From: Candidatus Kerfeldbacteria bacterium
GTDB taxonomy: Bacteria > Patescibacteriota > Patescibacteriia > UBA10025 > JAHIVO01
Direction of reading: 5' to 3'
Assembly (NCBI GenBank): GCA_016214565.1
Contig: JACROE010000002.1
Span: 119,654-183,653, forward strand
DNA length: 64,000 nt
In this document: piece by piece, positions 36,051 through 46,866 of the stretch
Layout of the letters: every line of letters begins with the position of its first letter
How positions within the stretch are numbered: position 1 is the first letter of the stretch
The notes under the pieces: generated by a model
Told to the model about the DNA's origin: nothing
Databases searched by the model: none
Seen by the model: the letters and a program-made list of their open reading frames with translations, nothing else
Program-made: the position numbers and the translations under genes

Positions 36051-36839
36051 TTAACGGGGTGATGAATGATAAGCCTGTATCACGCGGAAAAAAGATTGTG
36101 GATCAACACTGGCTCCTCCGACGAGCACGCCGTCAATGTCATCCATCGCGGCAAAACCAGCAACATTTTTTTCATCGACAGAGCCGCCGTAGATAATTCG
36201 CATCTCAGTCGCTACATGCGCATCGTACAAATCAGCGATGGTTCGACGAATTAATTTATGAATGACTTGCGCTGATTCGGGAGTATCGGAGACTGGCTGA
36301 GCGAGTTCTGTGCTGGTGCTAATCGCCCAGAGCGGTTCATAGGCCAGAAGGATTCGACGCGCGTCCGCGGAACGAACATCCTGCAGCGCCGCAACAATAC
36401 GCTCATAAATCACCCGCTTCGTCTCCCCAGCTTCCTTCTCGGCATAACTTTCACCGAAACAAATAATCGGGCGCAGTCTTCGGGAGAGCGCAGCATGCAC
36501 TTTCCGATTCACCGCTTCATCAGTTTCTCCAAAAAATGCTCGCCGTTCTGAATGGCCAATGATGACATATGAGCATCCAGCATCAGCTAACTGTCGCGCG
36601 GAAACCGCTCCCGTAAAAGCGCCGCGATCTTCCCAGTAAAGATCTTGCCCAGCAACGGCAATTTCCTTTTCCGGCACGGCCGCGCGCACCGCAGGAATAA
36701 ATACATACGAGGGAGCAATCAGCACGTGAGACGCCGCCACCAGCGGATCAGCCACAGGAAACATGTTCATGAATCGTTCCACAGCACTGCCATCGAGATT
36801 CATTTTCCAATTTGCGATAATATAGGGCTTTTCCGGCAT
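36051..36839 (-). CDS. tpiA: Triosephosphate isomerase
   Basis: ANWKMN, GHSERR, AYEP.WAI, YGGSV. Confidence 0.97.
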   Translation of the reverse strand: MPEKPYIIANWKMNLDGSAVERFMNMFPVADPLVAASHVLIAPSYVFIPAVRAAVPEKEIAVAGQDLYWEDRGAFTGAVSARQLADAGCSYVIIGHSERRAFFGETDEAVNRKVHAALSRRLRPIICFGESYAEKEAGETKRVIYERIVAALQDVRSADARRILLAYEPLWAISTSTELAQPVSDTPESAQVIHKLIRRTIADLYDAHVATEMRIIYGGSVDEKNVAGFAAMDDIDGVLVGGASVDPQSFFRVIQAYHSSPR

Positions 36840-36848
36840 AGCGAGTCT

Positions 36849-37760
36849 CTATTCTTCCCTTAGTCTAGCGTATTTTTCTTGTTCTGTAAAAATTGATTTG
36901 ATAAATGGAAGTTCAGCCCATTGAATCAGGGCTCCGGCTTGGCTAAAACGCTCATCGCTCGACCACTGGCGGAGCAGGACGACCAACGTCCCGGCCGGAG
37001 ACAAACTGGCGTAGGTATACCCCGCTTCATCGAGATAGCCCGTTTTGGCGATGACGCCAGCATCCAATAGCGCGTTAGTGCTTTTAATACGGTGAAACTT
37101 TCCCTTATCAATCGTTACTAAATCGTGGACGGGCGTTTGAAGCGCGGCATGGATGCGGGGCTCGGCAAACGCCGCCTGGGCAAGCCGTGCGACATCTGCT
37201 GCACTGGCCTGATTGCGTGGATCGAGTCCGGTCACTTCATAAAAAATGCTGTCCGTCATACCAAGCGCCGCGGCTTTCTTGTTCATTCGCCGGACAAATG
37301 CATCAGTCGATAAGCCAGTGGCGCGAGCCATAGCCCGTGTCGCGTTATTGGCCGAACCGACCAAACTGGTGTAAAACAAATCCTGAAGTGAAACTATCTC
37401 ACCTTCACCAACATATAATCTACTCCCCTCAATCGAATCATTATCATCCGGCAAAATAGTGACTGGCATATTCCAGTCAGGATTGAGATCTACCAGAACA
37501 AGCGCGGTCATCAGTTTTGAAAGACTCGCAATGGGCATCGGCTCATTGGGCAATCGCGACCAGCGCACACCATTCGTGATGGTATCAATCACAATACCCG
37601 CATGCGCACTTATGGCGACATCCGGAAAAACGAGTGCGGGCGCCTCGCGGTTAAGCCCGGTGATTATCTCTACCTGGGCTGCACTCGAAAAAGAATGCAA
37701 TAAATCCGGCCGATCAATATCCTGCAGGGCAAATAAAAAACCCAGCAACAATGTGAACAT
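36849..37760 (-). CDS. D-alanyl-D-alanine carboxypeptidase / peptidase S11
   Basis: SLSK (SxxK), SAN (SxN), KTG. Confidence 0.9.
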   Translation of the reverse strand: MFTLLLGFLFALQDIDRPDLLHSFSSAAQVEIITGLNREAPALVFPDVAISAHAGIVIDTITNGVRWSRLPNEPMPIASLSKLMTALVLVDLNPDWNMPVTILPDDNDSIEGSRLYVGEGEIVSLQDLFYTSLVGSANNATRAMARATGLSTDAFVRRMNKKAAALGMTDSIFYEVTGLDPRNQASAADVARLAQAAFAEPRIHAALQTPVHDLVTIDKGKFHRIKSTNALLDAGVIAKTGYLDEAGYTYASLSPAGTLVVLLRQWSSDERFSQAGALIQWAELPFIKSIFTEQEKYARLREE

Positions 37761-37762
37761 AC

Positions 37763-38329
37763 TTATTCACTGACTGCTTCAGTCTGATTCGTCATTTTTT
37801 CCTGGAGCAACTTGCGTAAATTTTCATCGCTATTCAGTTTGCCGTAGTCGGGTAATTGAGAAACACGATCAATTCCGAGGAATTGCAGGAAGTCAAACGT
37901 TATGGTGTACACGGTCGCCATTTTTTCTTTGTCATCATGCGCCTCGATCAATCCTCGAATCATCAGGTTACGTAAAATCAAGCTGCAATTAACGCCGCGA
38001 ATTTGCTCTAATTCCGCTTTGGTAATCGGCCCCCGATACGCAATAATGGTGAGCGACTCGAGCGCCGGCTTGGTTAACTCGCCGGTTTGCTCAGATTTAA
38101 TAAATTCTTTAATCACCGTCGAATACTTTGGACTGGTTGCCATTTGATATGATTGGCCGACTTTTTGCACATGAATACCTCGATCGGCAGTGTTATATTC
38201 CGCCATGAGGGCTTCCGCAGCTACGGTAATATCTTCCGTTTTTTCTTTCAAAATCTCCCCTAATTTCTGAGCGGATAATGGTTTGCCTGAAATGAAGAGC
38301 AGGCTTTCGATAAGGTAGCGAAGTTCCAT
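37763..38329 (-). CDS. scpB: SMC-Scp complex subunit ScpB
   Basis: E.L.IIAY..PIT..E...IRGV motif. Confidence 0.95.
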   Translation of the reverse strand: MELRYLIESLLFISGKPLSAQKLGEILKEKTEDITVAAEALMAEYNTADRGIHVQKVGQSYQMATSPKYSTVIKEFIKSEQTGELTKPALESLTIIAYRGPITKAELEQIRGVNCSLILRNLMIRGLIEAHDDKEKMATVYTITFDFLQFLGIDRVSQLPDYGKLNSDENLRKLLQEKMTNQTEAVSE

Positions 38330-38335
38330 GGTTGA

Positions 38336-39061
38336 TTATTCGATTACGTCAGTCGGTGGCTCTTCTGCCCGCTGGACGACGATCTCGTCGAAAATGCCGT
38401 CTTGGACGACCGCAACGGCGCGCTGTTTAACCAGCTCAAGCAGGGCTAAAAAGGTTACGATGACTTCTACTTTGTTATTAGATGATTTAAGTAATTCTGA
38501 AAAATGTATTTGCGCCCGATTGGAAATCAATTGCTGGATGCTGTCGATCCGCTCACGGATCGAAGCGGTCCGGGCAATCTGTTCTTGCGGCAGCGATACC
38601 CAGACGGATAGTTCCTGAAGTACTCCCACGAATAATTGGCGCATGACGTCCTGATTCAGCGTTGTGGGTGGATTAAATATCTTATCAATCTTAATGATCA
38701 TTTTCTGCCGGGGGAAAAGGAACTTCTTGCGATTCAACATTTTTTGCAGCACCTTCGATGCTTCGTAAAATTCACGATACATTTTTAGCTGAAATTCTAG
38801 ATCAACACCTTCATCTCCGGTTTCCTCGGCTAATTGTGGCAGGAGCTGTCGGGATTTAATCAGTAATAACTTAGCGGCCACCACTAAAAAGTCAGCTAAC
38901 TCCTCAGTGGCAATATCGTCCGTGTTTTGTAAATGTTTTATGTACTGGTCCGTAACATGAGCTAAGGCCACCTGGGTAATATCAAGCTCCTCCTGCTCAA
39001 TCAGTTGGAGCAAGAGGTCAAGCGGTCCTTCAAATTTTTCTGTTTTAAATTGGTAGGCCAT
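38336..39061 (-). CDS. scpA: Segregation and condensation protein A
   Basis: FEGPLDLLL.LI, FLALLEL. Confidence 0.95.
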   Translation of the reverse strand: MAYQFKTEKFEGPLDLLLQLIEQEELDITQVALAHVTDQYIKHLQNTDDIATEELADFLVVAAKLLLIKSRQLLPQLAEETGDEGVDLEFQLKMYREFYEASKVLQKMLNRKKFLFPRQKMIIKIDKIFNPPTTLNQDVMRQLFVGVLQELSVWVSLPQEQIARTASIRERIDSIQQLISNRAQIHFSELLKSSNNKVEVIVTFLALLELVKQRAVAVVQDGIFDEIVVQRAEEPPTDVIE

Positions 39062-39063
39062 GC

Positions 39064-39549
39064 TTATTTTTTTGTGGCGTCGCGCTTGGCAATCACCGCA
39101 GTCTGCAAATTATCCCCCTCAAGCTTCATGTAATCTTTGACTTTCATGCGCACGCTCTCGGTAAAGCTGCCTGCGCCAAATAACGCGCGCTGTGCCTTCA
39201 ATAATGCTTTGTCCATAACCACGCCGACCTTATGCACTGTGCCAAACGCAGTAATCGCGCCTGGTTTTACATTGAACTTCTTCTTCATTTCTCCTTCGCG
39301 AGCAATCTGCACTTTTTTTGCCTTGAATAATTTTTTTACTTTGGGTAAATCAAGTTTGTAATGCGCGGGTATAACCACCAGATAATAGGCAGAATCAACT
39401 TTAACCAAGAGGGTCTTGGCAATTTCCTGCATTTTCATCTTCAGCGTCTGCGCCAGATCGTACGCGGTATATACCGTCCGATGCTCGACGACCTCAAATG
39501 CCGCTTTGCCTTTTTCAAGCATGGTGATTACTTTCTTTGATAGTGCCAT
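39064..39549 (-). CDS. YbaK/EbsC-family aminoacyl-tRNA deacylase
   Basis: H....TA..LA, IAKTLLV, PGAI..FG. Confidence 0.88.
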   Translation of the reverse strand: MALSKKVITMLEKGKAAFEVVEHRTVYTAYDLAQTLKMKMQEIAKTLLVKVDSAYYLVVIPAHYKLDLPKVKKLFKAKKVQIAREGEMKKKFNVKPGAITAFGTVHKVGVVMDKALLKAQRALFGAGSFTESVRMKVKDYMKLEGDNLQTAVIAKRDATKK

Positions 39550-39561
39550 ACAAGTATATGG

Positions 39562-39861
39562 TTAAGGTTTAAAGGGTAATTGCTGCTGGGTATTAAACAT
39601 TTTTTTTGCGTATCGGCGTCCCGGTACGGTCATGCGCACTTCGTCAATAAACCATTTCTCCGGCGTGCGGCGGCCGTAACCGATGAGAAGTCCCCGCTCA
39701 ATCAAACGCTCGATGCTCCGACTGATAATGCGCTGTTGGTCATCCGCCGAGGGTTTCTTCTTTTGGCTCGAATAAAACTGTTTCAACCTTGTACGCTGCA
39801 GCCTCCCCTTGGCGTCATAGGCGCTCGTTAGGATGAATCGCTGGAGCGGAGAAATGATCAT
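39562..39861 (-). CDS. Small basic winged-helix-like protein
   Basis: ISRSIERLI.RGL...MT..GR pattern; overlaps the aspS stop. Confidence 0.65.
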   Translation of the reverse strand: MIISPLQRFILTSAYDAKGRLQRTRLKQFYSSQKKKPSADDQQRIISRSIERLIERGLLIGYGRRTPEKWFIDEVRMTVPGRRYAKKMFNTQQQLPFKP

Positions 39862-41264
39862 GCTTTTTTCTTGTCAGTTATGGAGATATGGAGATCCTTC
39901 AGCTGTTTTGCCGACACGTTACTTGGCGAGCCGGTCATTGGTTCTCGATTATCACCGGTCTTGGGGAACGCCACCACTTCTCTGATGCTCGATTCATTGA
40001 AGAGAATCATCAATAACCGATCAATCCCCGGGGCAATGCCGCCATGAGGTGGAACGCCATAGGTAAACGCTTCTAACATATGCCCAAATTGCTCTCGCGC
40101 CTCATCCTTCGTAATGCCCACCAATTCAAATATTTTTTCCTGAATCTTCGGATCAGTGATCCGCAGGCTGCCACCGGCCACCTCATATCCATTGAGGGCG
40201 ATATCGTGCTGCCAGGAGCGAACCTTTTGCGGTTCTGTAGCGAGCAGTGGAATATCCTCAGTTTTTGGTGCGGTAAACATATGGTGTGCTGGAGCATAAT
40301 GACCATCTTCTTTTTCTGGTTCGAAGAGCGGCCAGTCAACTACAAAACAAAAAGCAAGTTCATGCGGATCATTTTTATTTTTTCGCAAATCAGGCTTGTC
40401 ATTGCCGTATTTCTGCATCGCCTCATCATACGTCAAACGCGGCCAGGGGGAATAAGTTATGTGCTTTTCGGGAAATAGCGTCTTCACCAGATTGGTATAC
40501 AGCGTCTCAATCAATTGCAAAATATCCTCCTGCGTGACGAATGACATTTCGATATCCAACTGATAAAACTGATCCGGCGACCGATCACCGCGGGAATCCT
40601 CATCACGGAAACAAGGCGCTATTTGGAAATACTTATCCAGCCCCGCAACCATGAGCATCTGCTTATACTGCTGAGGAGACTGGGGTAGTGCATAAAACTT
40701 GCCCGGATAAACTCGGGATGGAACGAGATAATCTCGCGCACCTTCAGGAGTTGATTTGGCTAGGATAGGCGTCTCTACCTCGATGAAGCCAAGCTTGTGC
40801 AATTCAGCGCGAATAAATTGAATGACTTTGGACCTCATGATCAATTGCCGCTGCTTACGCGGACGACGCAAATCAAGGTAGCGATATTTATAGCGCAACT
40901 CTTCCCCCACTTCCGCCTTATCAGTATCCACGATTTCAAACGGAGGAGTTTGGGATTCTGAAATGATTTCAAGTCCGGTAGCCTGAATCTCGACTGTGCC
41001 GGTTGGATAATCATGATTCACTAATTTCTCTGGACGGGCTTTGACAATACCGGTGACGGCCACCACAAATTCGGGACGAAGTTTCTTGGCTGTTTCGAGA
41101 ACTGCTGCATCGTCCGGAGTAAACACAATTTGCACAATCCCCGTTACGTCGCGCAATTCAACAAAAACCATCTTGCCTAAACGACGCGTGACATGTATCC
41201 AGCCTTTAAGTTCGACGGTATCGCCGATCTGGTTTATTGTATTTCGAATGTATGAACGTGACAT
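39858..41264 (-). CDS. aspS: Aspartate-tRNA ligase lacking the GAD domain
   Basis: STPEGARDY, PQSPQ, FRDED.R.DR, PPHGG.A.G.DR. Confidence 0.96.
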   Translation of the reverse strand: MSRSYIRNTINQIGDTVELKGWIHVTRRLGKMVFVELRDVTGIVQIVFTPDDAAVLETAKKLRPEFVVAVTGIVKARPEKLVNHDYPTGTVEIQATGLEIISESQTPPFEIVDTDKAEVGEELRYKYRYLDLRRPRKQRQLIMRSKVIQFIRAELHKLGFIEVETPILAKSTPEGARDYLVPSRVYPGKFYALPQSPQQYKQMLMVAGLDKYFQIAPCFRDEDSRGDRSPDQFYQLDIEMSFVTQEDILQLIETLYTNLVKTLFPEKHITYSPWPRLTYDEAMQKYGNDKPDLRKNKNDPHELAFCFVVDWPLFEPEKEDGHYAPAHHMFTAPKTEDIPLLATEPQKVRSWQHDIALNGYEVAGGSLRITDPKIQEKIFELVGITKDEAREQFGHMLEAFTYGVPPHGGIAPGIDRLLMILFNESSIREVVAFPKTGDNREPMTGSPSNVSAKQLKDLHISITDKKKA

Positions 41265-41271
41265 AAGCGTA

Positions 41272-41874
41272 TTACAGTGTTACCGTCGCCAGTATCTGCG
41301 CGCTGGCTTCATTAAATTCTATTTCAAATAAGTTATTGGCATTGATGAAAAAAAGATTGTCTTCATTTGGATCACCGGAGGTCTGCCGATACACCGTTGC
41401 GATTTCATCAGCGACCTTTTCGGTGTACGATTGATAAATATTTGGAGAAACGCCAGTCAAACGCTGATAAATTTTCCCCACTGGCGTTTCATCCTCGATT
41501 TCACCCGGCGTCAATGGAAAAGCTTTAAAGCTCAAAGAATCCGCCGCATCAGCAGCGCGCAATTCAATGAGTGTCCCCTCATACACGCCGTAGGCAATTG
41601 AATCCTCAAAAAGCGTGTAATCATCAGGGTATTTGAATGCTATGCTCAGTTCGTCCGATGTATACTGCTGCCAGCCGGACGTATCGACAGATTCAGGAAT
41701 GCGGACAACGTTCGAGCGAAATGTTTTAATAATTAAAATATTTGAAGTTGGTGTAGGATTCTCAATCCAGAAGAAATACAAAATGTAAAACACAAATAAG
41801 ACGATGGTCACCTCCATCAGAATGATAGAGATCCCCCAAAATGTCGAAATGCCTCGCTGTGCGAAAAAATTCAT
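41272..41874 (-). CDS. Surface protein with QRG/I prepilin-like N-terminus and PsbP-like domain
   Basis: MNFFAQRG/ISTF; DTSGWQQY....I.FKYP motif. Confidence 0.75.
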   Translation of the reverse strand: MNFFAQRGISTFWGISIILMEVTIVLFVFYILYFFWIENPTPTSNILIIKTFRSNVVRIPESVDTSGWQQYTSDELSIAFKYPDDYTLFEDSIAYGVYEGTLIELRAADAADSLSFKAFPLTPGEIEDETPVGKIYQRLTGVSPNIYQSYTEKVADEIATVYRQTSGDPNEDNLFFINANNLFEIEFNEASAQILATVTL

Positions 41875-41876
41875 AC

Positions 41877-42248
41877 TTAAATGCAAAGGTTATGAGTCAA
41901 GCATGTTTGGCCTGCCGCGATACGTTCATACGCATCGCAACTCGGTGATTCAGCCCCACCAAACGTAGTATAGCCGCACCAGAGAATCGTTTCGCCAGAT
42001 GCCTTCACCACGACATCACCGACGCCAACGCAGGTGCTGCGCAATACATAATGATCGGCACAGCCAAATACCTGATCTACCTGGCATTCGATGGGATATT
42101 GCGCATGCCGCTGCCCACAAAATCGTTCAGCTATTTCCTTATCAGGGTTGGCCTGATTAACGTTAATAGCGATGCCATTCAGTAGCACTAATGACAAAGC
42201 TAAAAGACCGAATAAAATAATCCATCGTGCTGATATTCCACCATGCAT
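41877..42248 (-). CDS. Small membrane-anchored or secreted protein with 8 Cys
   Basis: Hydrophobic N-terminus, eight cysteines. Confidence 0.7.
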   Translation of the reverse strand: MHGGISARWIILFGLLALSLVLLNGIAINVNQANPDKEIAERFCGQRHAQYPIECQVDQVFGCADHYVLRSTCVGVGDVVVKASGETILWCGYTTFGGAESPSCDAYERIAAGQTCLTHNLCI

Positions 42249-42252
42249 ATGT

Positions 42253-43545
42253 TTAGGGTCGCAAACGATTTAATAATCGAGGAAAAGGTATAGTTTCGCG
42301 CACATGATCCAGGCCGCACAGCCACGCCACTGTCCGCTCAAGCCCGATACCAAATCCTGAGTGCGGCACGGATCCGTATTTCCGTAAATCTAAATACCAA
42401 CCAAAATCAGATTCTGACAGTTTGTGCTCTTTCAGCCGTGAACGCAATAATTCATAATCCCAAATGCGCTCCGACCCACCAATGACTTCCCCATAGCCCT
42501 CGGGGGCAAGCAAATCAGCGCACAAAGCAAATTTTTGATTCTCCGGGTCTGGCTGCATGTAAAAGGCCTTTATCGCAACTGGGTAATGGGTCACAAACAC
42601 GGGCTTGTCGTATTGCTTCATTAACATCGTTTCATCGTCAGCCCCGAAATCATCACCGTGCTTAATATCTGAACCTAACTTTTGTAGTGCCACGATGGCA
42701 TCGTCATAGCGCAGGCGAACAAATGACCCCTGTACTTTTTGTAACGCCGCTACATCACGCTCGAGAATTTGTAATTCTGCCGCACGATTGGCTAATACTG
42801 ATTGCACAATATGCGTCACCAAGCGCTCTTGGATTTGTAAATTTTCTTCATGCTGGACAAAGGCCGCCTCAGCATCCAGCATCCAAAATTCCATCAGATG
42901 GCGCCTCGTTTTTGACTTCTCTGCTCGGAAGGTCGGTCCGAAATCATAGACTTTCCCAAGCGCCATGGCGAGCGCCTCAAGGTATAATTGCCCCGACTGG
43001 GATAAATACGCCTTTTCTTCAAAATAGTCAGTGGCAAAAAGCGTGGTCGTCCCTTCACAGGCAGTTGGCGTCAAAATGGGCGTATCAGTCAGCGTGTACT
43101 GTTCTTGACGGAAAAACTCACGCATGGACCAGATAATCTCATCTCGGACACGCATAATCGCCCGCTGCCGTTCAGCACGTAGCCACAAATGCCGATGGTC
43201 GAGCAAAAAATCAACGCCATGCTCTTTCTTGCCAATCGGGTATTCCTCAGCCCGATGAACTAATACGACTGACGAAACGTGCAATTCATAGCCAAATGGC
43301 GAGCGAGTATCAGCTCTGACCGTACCCGAAACTTCCACGCTTGATTCAAGTGTCAGCTGCTCGCAAGCAACCCAGCTCTGCTCGTCAACGGTTTCACGGC
43401 TAACCACCCCTTGAATTCGGCCAAATCCATCTCGAATTTGTAGAAAATATATCTTGCCTGAACTTCGAAAATTAAAAACCCATCCACGGATGGTTACTTG
43501 CTCCCCTTCATGCGACTTGAGCTGCGAAAGATGGATAGGTTTCAT
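42253..43545 (-). CDS. asnS: Asparagine-tRNA ligase
   Basis: [38 protein letters not shown]. Confidence 0.96.
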   Translation of the reverse strand: MKPIHLSQLKSHEGEQVTIRGWVFNFRSSGKIYFLQIRDGFGRIQGVVSRETVDEQSWVACEQLTLESSVEVSGTVRADTRSPFGYELHVSSVVLVHRAEEYPIGKKEHGVDFLLDHRHLWLRAERQRAIMRVRDEIIWSMREFFRQEQYTLTDTPILTPTACEGTTTLFATDYFEEKAYLSQSGQLYLEALAMALGKVYDFGPTFRAEKSKTRRHLMEFWMLDAEAAFVQHEENLQIQERLVTHIVQSVLANRAAELQILERDVAALQKVQGSFVRLRYDDAIVALQKLGSDIKHGDDFGADDETMLMKQYDKPVFVTHYPVAIKAFYMQPDPENQKFALCADLLAPEGYGEVIGGSERIWDYELLRSRLKEHKLSESDFGWYLDLRKYGSVPHSGFGIGLERTVAWLCGLDHVRETIPFPRLLNRLRP

Positions 43546-43612
43546 AGAGTGCAAAAATTATACCACTTTTTTCCCATAATGGCAAATGACACACGTTCAG
43601 TATTTCTCAATT

Positions 43613-46285
43613 TTATGCCTGCTGAACTCGCCGAATCCTGGTCTGAAACACCGTTTTAAGCAATTCAATAATTGCAATTGCACCAAAACCAGTAGGCATG
43701 GCAATCAGCCAATCGGTAAGATTAAGCGGCACAGTTTGAAATATTTCCTGCAAAGCCGGCATATAGATCACGGGCAACTGAAGTAAAATGCCTACTAGAA
43801 CTCCGAGCAATAAATAGCGGTTGCTAAACGGATTTCGTTCCCATACATGATGACGTATGCTCCGGTATGCAAAAGAATACATCAAAGTGCCGATTGCCCC
43901 CGCTACAAATGTGGTCGAACGGGCTCGTTCCAAATCACCGGTTATTTTCCACTGCAGATAAAATACACCCAATAGCAAAAATCCAGTCAGTACGCTGACT
44001 GAAGCGATTAATAATTTTGTTTTTCGATCCACGATGGGTTGCGTACGGGGCACGGGAGGCTGTTGCATTGCATCTGGCTCACCAGGCTCCATTGTCAAAC
44101 CTATGCTGGGAAAGGAATCAGTTACTAAATTAATCCAAAGAATCTGTGCGGCCAACAGCGGCAGTGGCCAACCAAAAAATAATGACAAGACCACCAAGAT
44201 CATCAACGTAAAGCTATCTGAGAGTAAAAACAATACTGACTTTTTAATATTGTCGTATAAGATTCTCCCCTGCTCCACAGCATGAACAATGGTACTGAAA
44301 TTATTTTTCAGTAGCACCATGTCAGCCGTTTCTTTCGCGACATCGGTTCCGGAACCAAGCGCCACACCAATGTCAGCCGATTTTAATGCGGGAGCATCAT
44401 TTACACCATCACCAGTCATCGCCACGACCTCACCACGTTCTTGCCACGCATCAATTATGCGCAGCTTATCAGCAGGCGTGACGCGTGCATACACCGAAAT
44501 AGAGCTAATCCGAGCCATAAGCTCTTCGCGCGACAATTGAGCAAAGGCCGCGCCTTCAATAATATTTTCATCCGCATGCGGCAGGCCAATTTCTGCAGCA
44601 ATCGCTCGAGCCGTCAACCGATGATCGCCGGTAAGCATAATCGGTCGAATGCCCGCCGCCTGACACCGTCGAATGGTTTCACTGGCGTCACTCCGCAGCG
44701 GATCTTTGATAACCGCAAATCCCACAAAGATCAAATCGGCTAACGCCGCTTCGCCCTCAGGAATTTTCTTCAGTTTAGAATCAGCGGGAGTATACGCCAA
44801 TGCTAACAATCGCAAACCTTGACTGCTCAAATCTTGATACTGATGTTGTAGAGTGTCGCGCATCCGCTTGTCCAATGCGCGCTTCTTACCATCTAAATCA
44901 ACAAATTTCGCATGACGTAAAATAATTTCCGGTGCGCCCTTGATATTAAGCATGGCGCCATCGGTTGCGTGCGCATTCAGGCTCACCATGAATTTTGTAC
45001 TGGAATTAAACGGCGCAACATCCAGACGAGGATGCTGTCGTCTGAGTGCCACCAAATCAATTCCCGCCTGAGAAGCAACTAAAATCAAAGCTTTTTCAGT
45101 CGGGGTGCCGATGACGCTCCGATGCTCAATCGCCTCATCGGGATTCTCAATCGATGCATCAGAGGCCAGCACACCGACCTGCAATGCCGTAAAAAAACTC
45201 TTAGCCGGTGCTTCGTCCGCTTCACTGATCGCGTGAGTGGCGACATCATTATCAAAAGTAATAATCCGAACGACTCGCATTTCCCCTTCAGTTAAGGTAC
45301 CAGTCTTATCAGTACAAATGACGGTTATGGAGCCAAGCGTTTCGGCTGCTACTAATTTACGCACTAAAGCGCGCTTTTTTAGTATCTGCTGCATGCCAAT
45401 CGCCAGCGTCACCGTGACCACCACTGCCAAGCCTTCGGGAATAGCCGCGACGGCGAGAGCCACTGCCGTGGCGAATGTTTCTCTCAGCTCATACCCGAAG
45501 AGCAATCCAATCAAAAAAATGAGCAACGCTGCTCCCAATACAATATATCCAATCAATCTACCTAAACCAATCAGCTTCTTTTGCAATGGCGTTTGCTCCT
45601 CTGGCGCTGCAGCAATCATGGCCGCTATTTTGCCGAGTTCGGTTTGCATGCCGGTGTGCACTACCACTCCCGCACCCGATCCCTGCACCACCGTCGTACC
45701 CATAAATGCCATGTTGCGTTGTTCAGCGAGGAGAACAGAAGATGGCAATGCTTCGGTTATTTTCTTAATGGGTGCGGATTCACCGGTCAGGCTTGACTCA
45801 TTAATCGCTAGATCCTCGGCAGTTAACAAACGGATGTCAGCTGGCACCGTGTCGCCACTACTCACATAGACAATATCTCCGATAACAACCTCAATGGCAT
45901 TGATACGAATGCGTGTGCCATTACGGCGAACAACTGCGTACTGAGTGACAACACTGCGCAATCGTTCCAGTGAACGCTGCGCCCGATACTCCTGAATAAA
46001 CCCCACGAGAACATTAACGCCAACTGCAGCTAAAATAACAAACGTATCAATATGATCATTCAGAAGATACGTGATACCTGCTGCAACGAGCAAGATGACT
46101 ATGAGCAAACTTTTGAATTGCTCGGCTAAAATCCGGGGTGCGGCAATTCGATCGCGGCTGGCGATTTGATTGGCCCCATGAGTGGCTAAGCGACGTGTCG
46201 CTTCTGGCACCGTCAATCCCTCAGCCGTGGTTGCGACTGAACTGAGTACATGCGCAATTGATTGAGTAGAATATGATTCGCTCAT
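43613..46285 (-). CDS. Cation-transporting P-type ATPase (type II, Ca2+-like)
   Basis: TGES, PEGL, DKTGTLT, GDGVNDAP. Confidence 0.95.
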   Translation of the reverse strand: MSESYSTQSIAHVLSSVATTAEGLTVPEATRRLATHGANQIASRDRIAAPRILAEQFKSLLIVILLVAAGITYLLNDHIDTFVILAAVGVNVLVGFIQEYRAQRSLERLRSVVTQYAVVRRNGTRIRINAIEVVIGDIVYVSSGDTVPADIRLLTAEDLAINESSLTGESAPIKKITEALPSSVLLAEQRNMAFMGTTVVQGSGAGVVVHTGMQTELGKIAAMIAAAPEEQTPLQKKLIGLGRLIGYIVLGAALLIFLIGLLFGYELRETFATAVALAVAAIPEGLAVVVTVTLAIGMQQILKKRALVRKLVAAETLGSITVICTDKTGTLTEGEMRVVRIITFDNDVATHAISEADEAPAKSFFTALQVGVLASDASIENPDEAIEHRSVIGTPTEKALILVASQAGIDLVALRRQHPRLDVAPFNSSTKFMVSLNAHATDGAMLNIKGAPEIILRHAKFVDLDGKKRALDKRMRDTLQHQYQDLSSQGLRLLALAYTPADSKLKKIPEGEAALADLIFVGFAVIKDPLRSDASETIRRCQAAGIRPIMLTGDHRLTARAIAAEIGLPHADENIIEGAAFAQLSREELMARISSISVYARVTPADKLRIIDAWQERGEVVAMTGDGVNDAPALKSADIGVALGSGTDVAKETADMVLLKNNFSTIVHAVEQGRILYDNIKKSVLFLLSDSFTLMILVVLSLFFGWPLPLLAAQILWINLVTDSFPSIGLTMEPGEPDAMQQPPVPRTQPIVDRKTKLLIASVSVLTGFLLLGVFYLQWKITGDLERARSTTFVAGAIGTLMYSFAYRSIRHHVWERNPFSNRYLLLGVLVGILLQLPVIYMPALQEIFQTVPLNLTDWLIAMPTGFGAIAIIELLKTVFQTRIRRVQQA

Positions 46286-46316
46286 AGGCACTTCTATACT
46301 ACCATACCTGAAAAAC

Positions 46317-46343
46317 AAAAACGACTCAGATTGAGTCGTTTTT
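46317..46343. terminator. Terminator after the pilin gene
   Basis: AAAAACGACTCA/TGAGTCGTTTTT. Confidence 0.8.
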
Positions 46344-46366
46344 GATGCGTTATAACGCGAATTGGT

Positions 46367-46729
46367 TTAGCTGGTCACGGTGTCTGCCGTATTGACGACA
46401 AAAGTCACAATTGCCCAAGCTAAGAGTACAACGATTAAACCGACAACTGCTGCGCTGATAATCTTTTTGGCGGTGCCTACTTTATCCTCATTGCCACCAG
46501 CCGTAATCCAAACGAAGCCTCCGTACAGAATCATGATAACCGCGATCAAACCGAGGAAGCCGAGTACCCATTGAACGATGTTAACAACGGTTGATTCGAG
46601 GTCAGCAGTTCCGAGACCGAAGGTGTTGCCATAGTTACCAATATTCACCTGAGCTGAGGCTACCACTGGCATTACCAAAACGACGGCCAGAGTAAGAGCG
46701 GTAATAATTTTTTTAGTCATTCCATTCAC
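46367..46729 (-). CDS. TrbC/VirB2-like pilin (type typical of CPR)
   Basis: Signal peptide ending ASA; I..GGF.W.TAGG.E.KV..AK..I..A..GL motif. Confidence 0.9.
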   Translation of the reverse strand: MNGMTKKIITALTLAVVLVMPVVASAQVNIGNYGNTFGLGTADLESTVVNIVQWVLGFLGLIAVIMILYGGFVWITAGGNEDKVGTAKKIISAAVVGLIVVLLAWAIVTFVVNTADTVTS

Positions 46730-46773
46730 CCCCTTTCATGTGTTCCATAACGTTTGCGCTATGAATAAATTAC

Positions 46774-46866
46774 TTACTGAAGTTTTCCTTTTGTATAAAA
46801 ATAAAAAAATGCCCCAAAAATGAGAAGTAGTATAATAATGAAGATTTGACCGCCAGTTGAATCCAT
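46774..46866 (-). CDS. 30-aa single-TM peptide upstream of the pilin
   Basis: MDSTGGQIFIIILLLIFGAFFYFYTKGKLQ*; TTGACG-N17-TACAAT 13 nt upstream. Confidence 0.55.
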   Translation of the reverse strand: MDSTGGQIFIIILLLIFGAFFYFYTKGKLQ

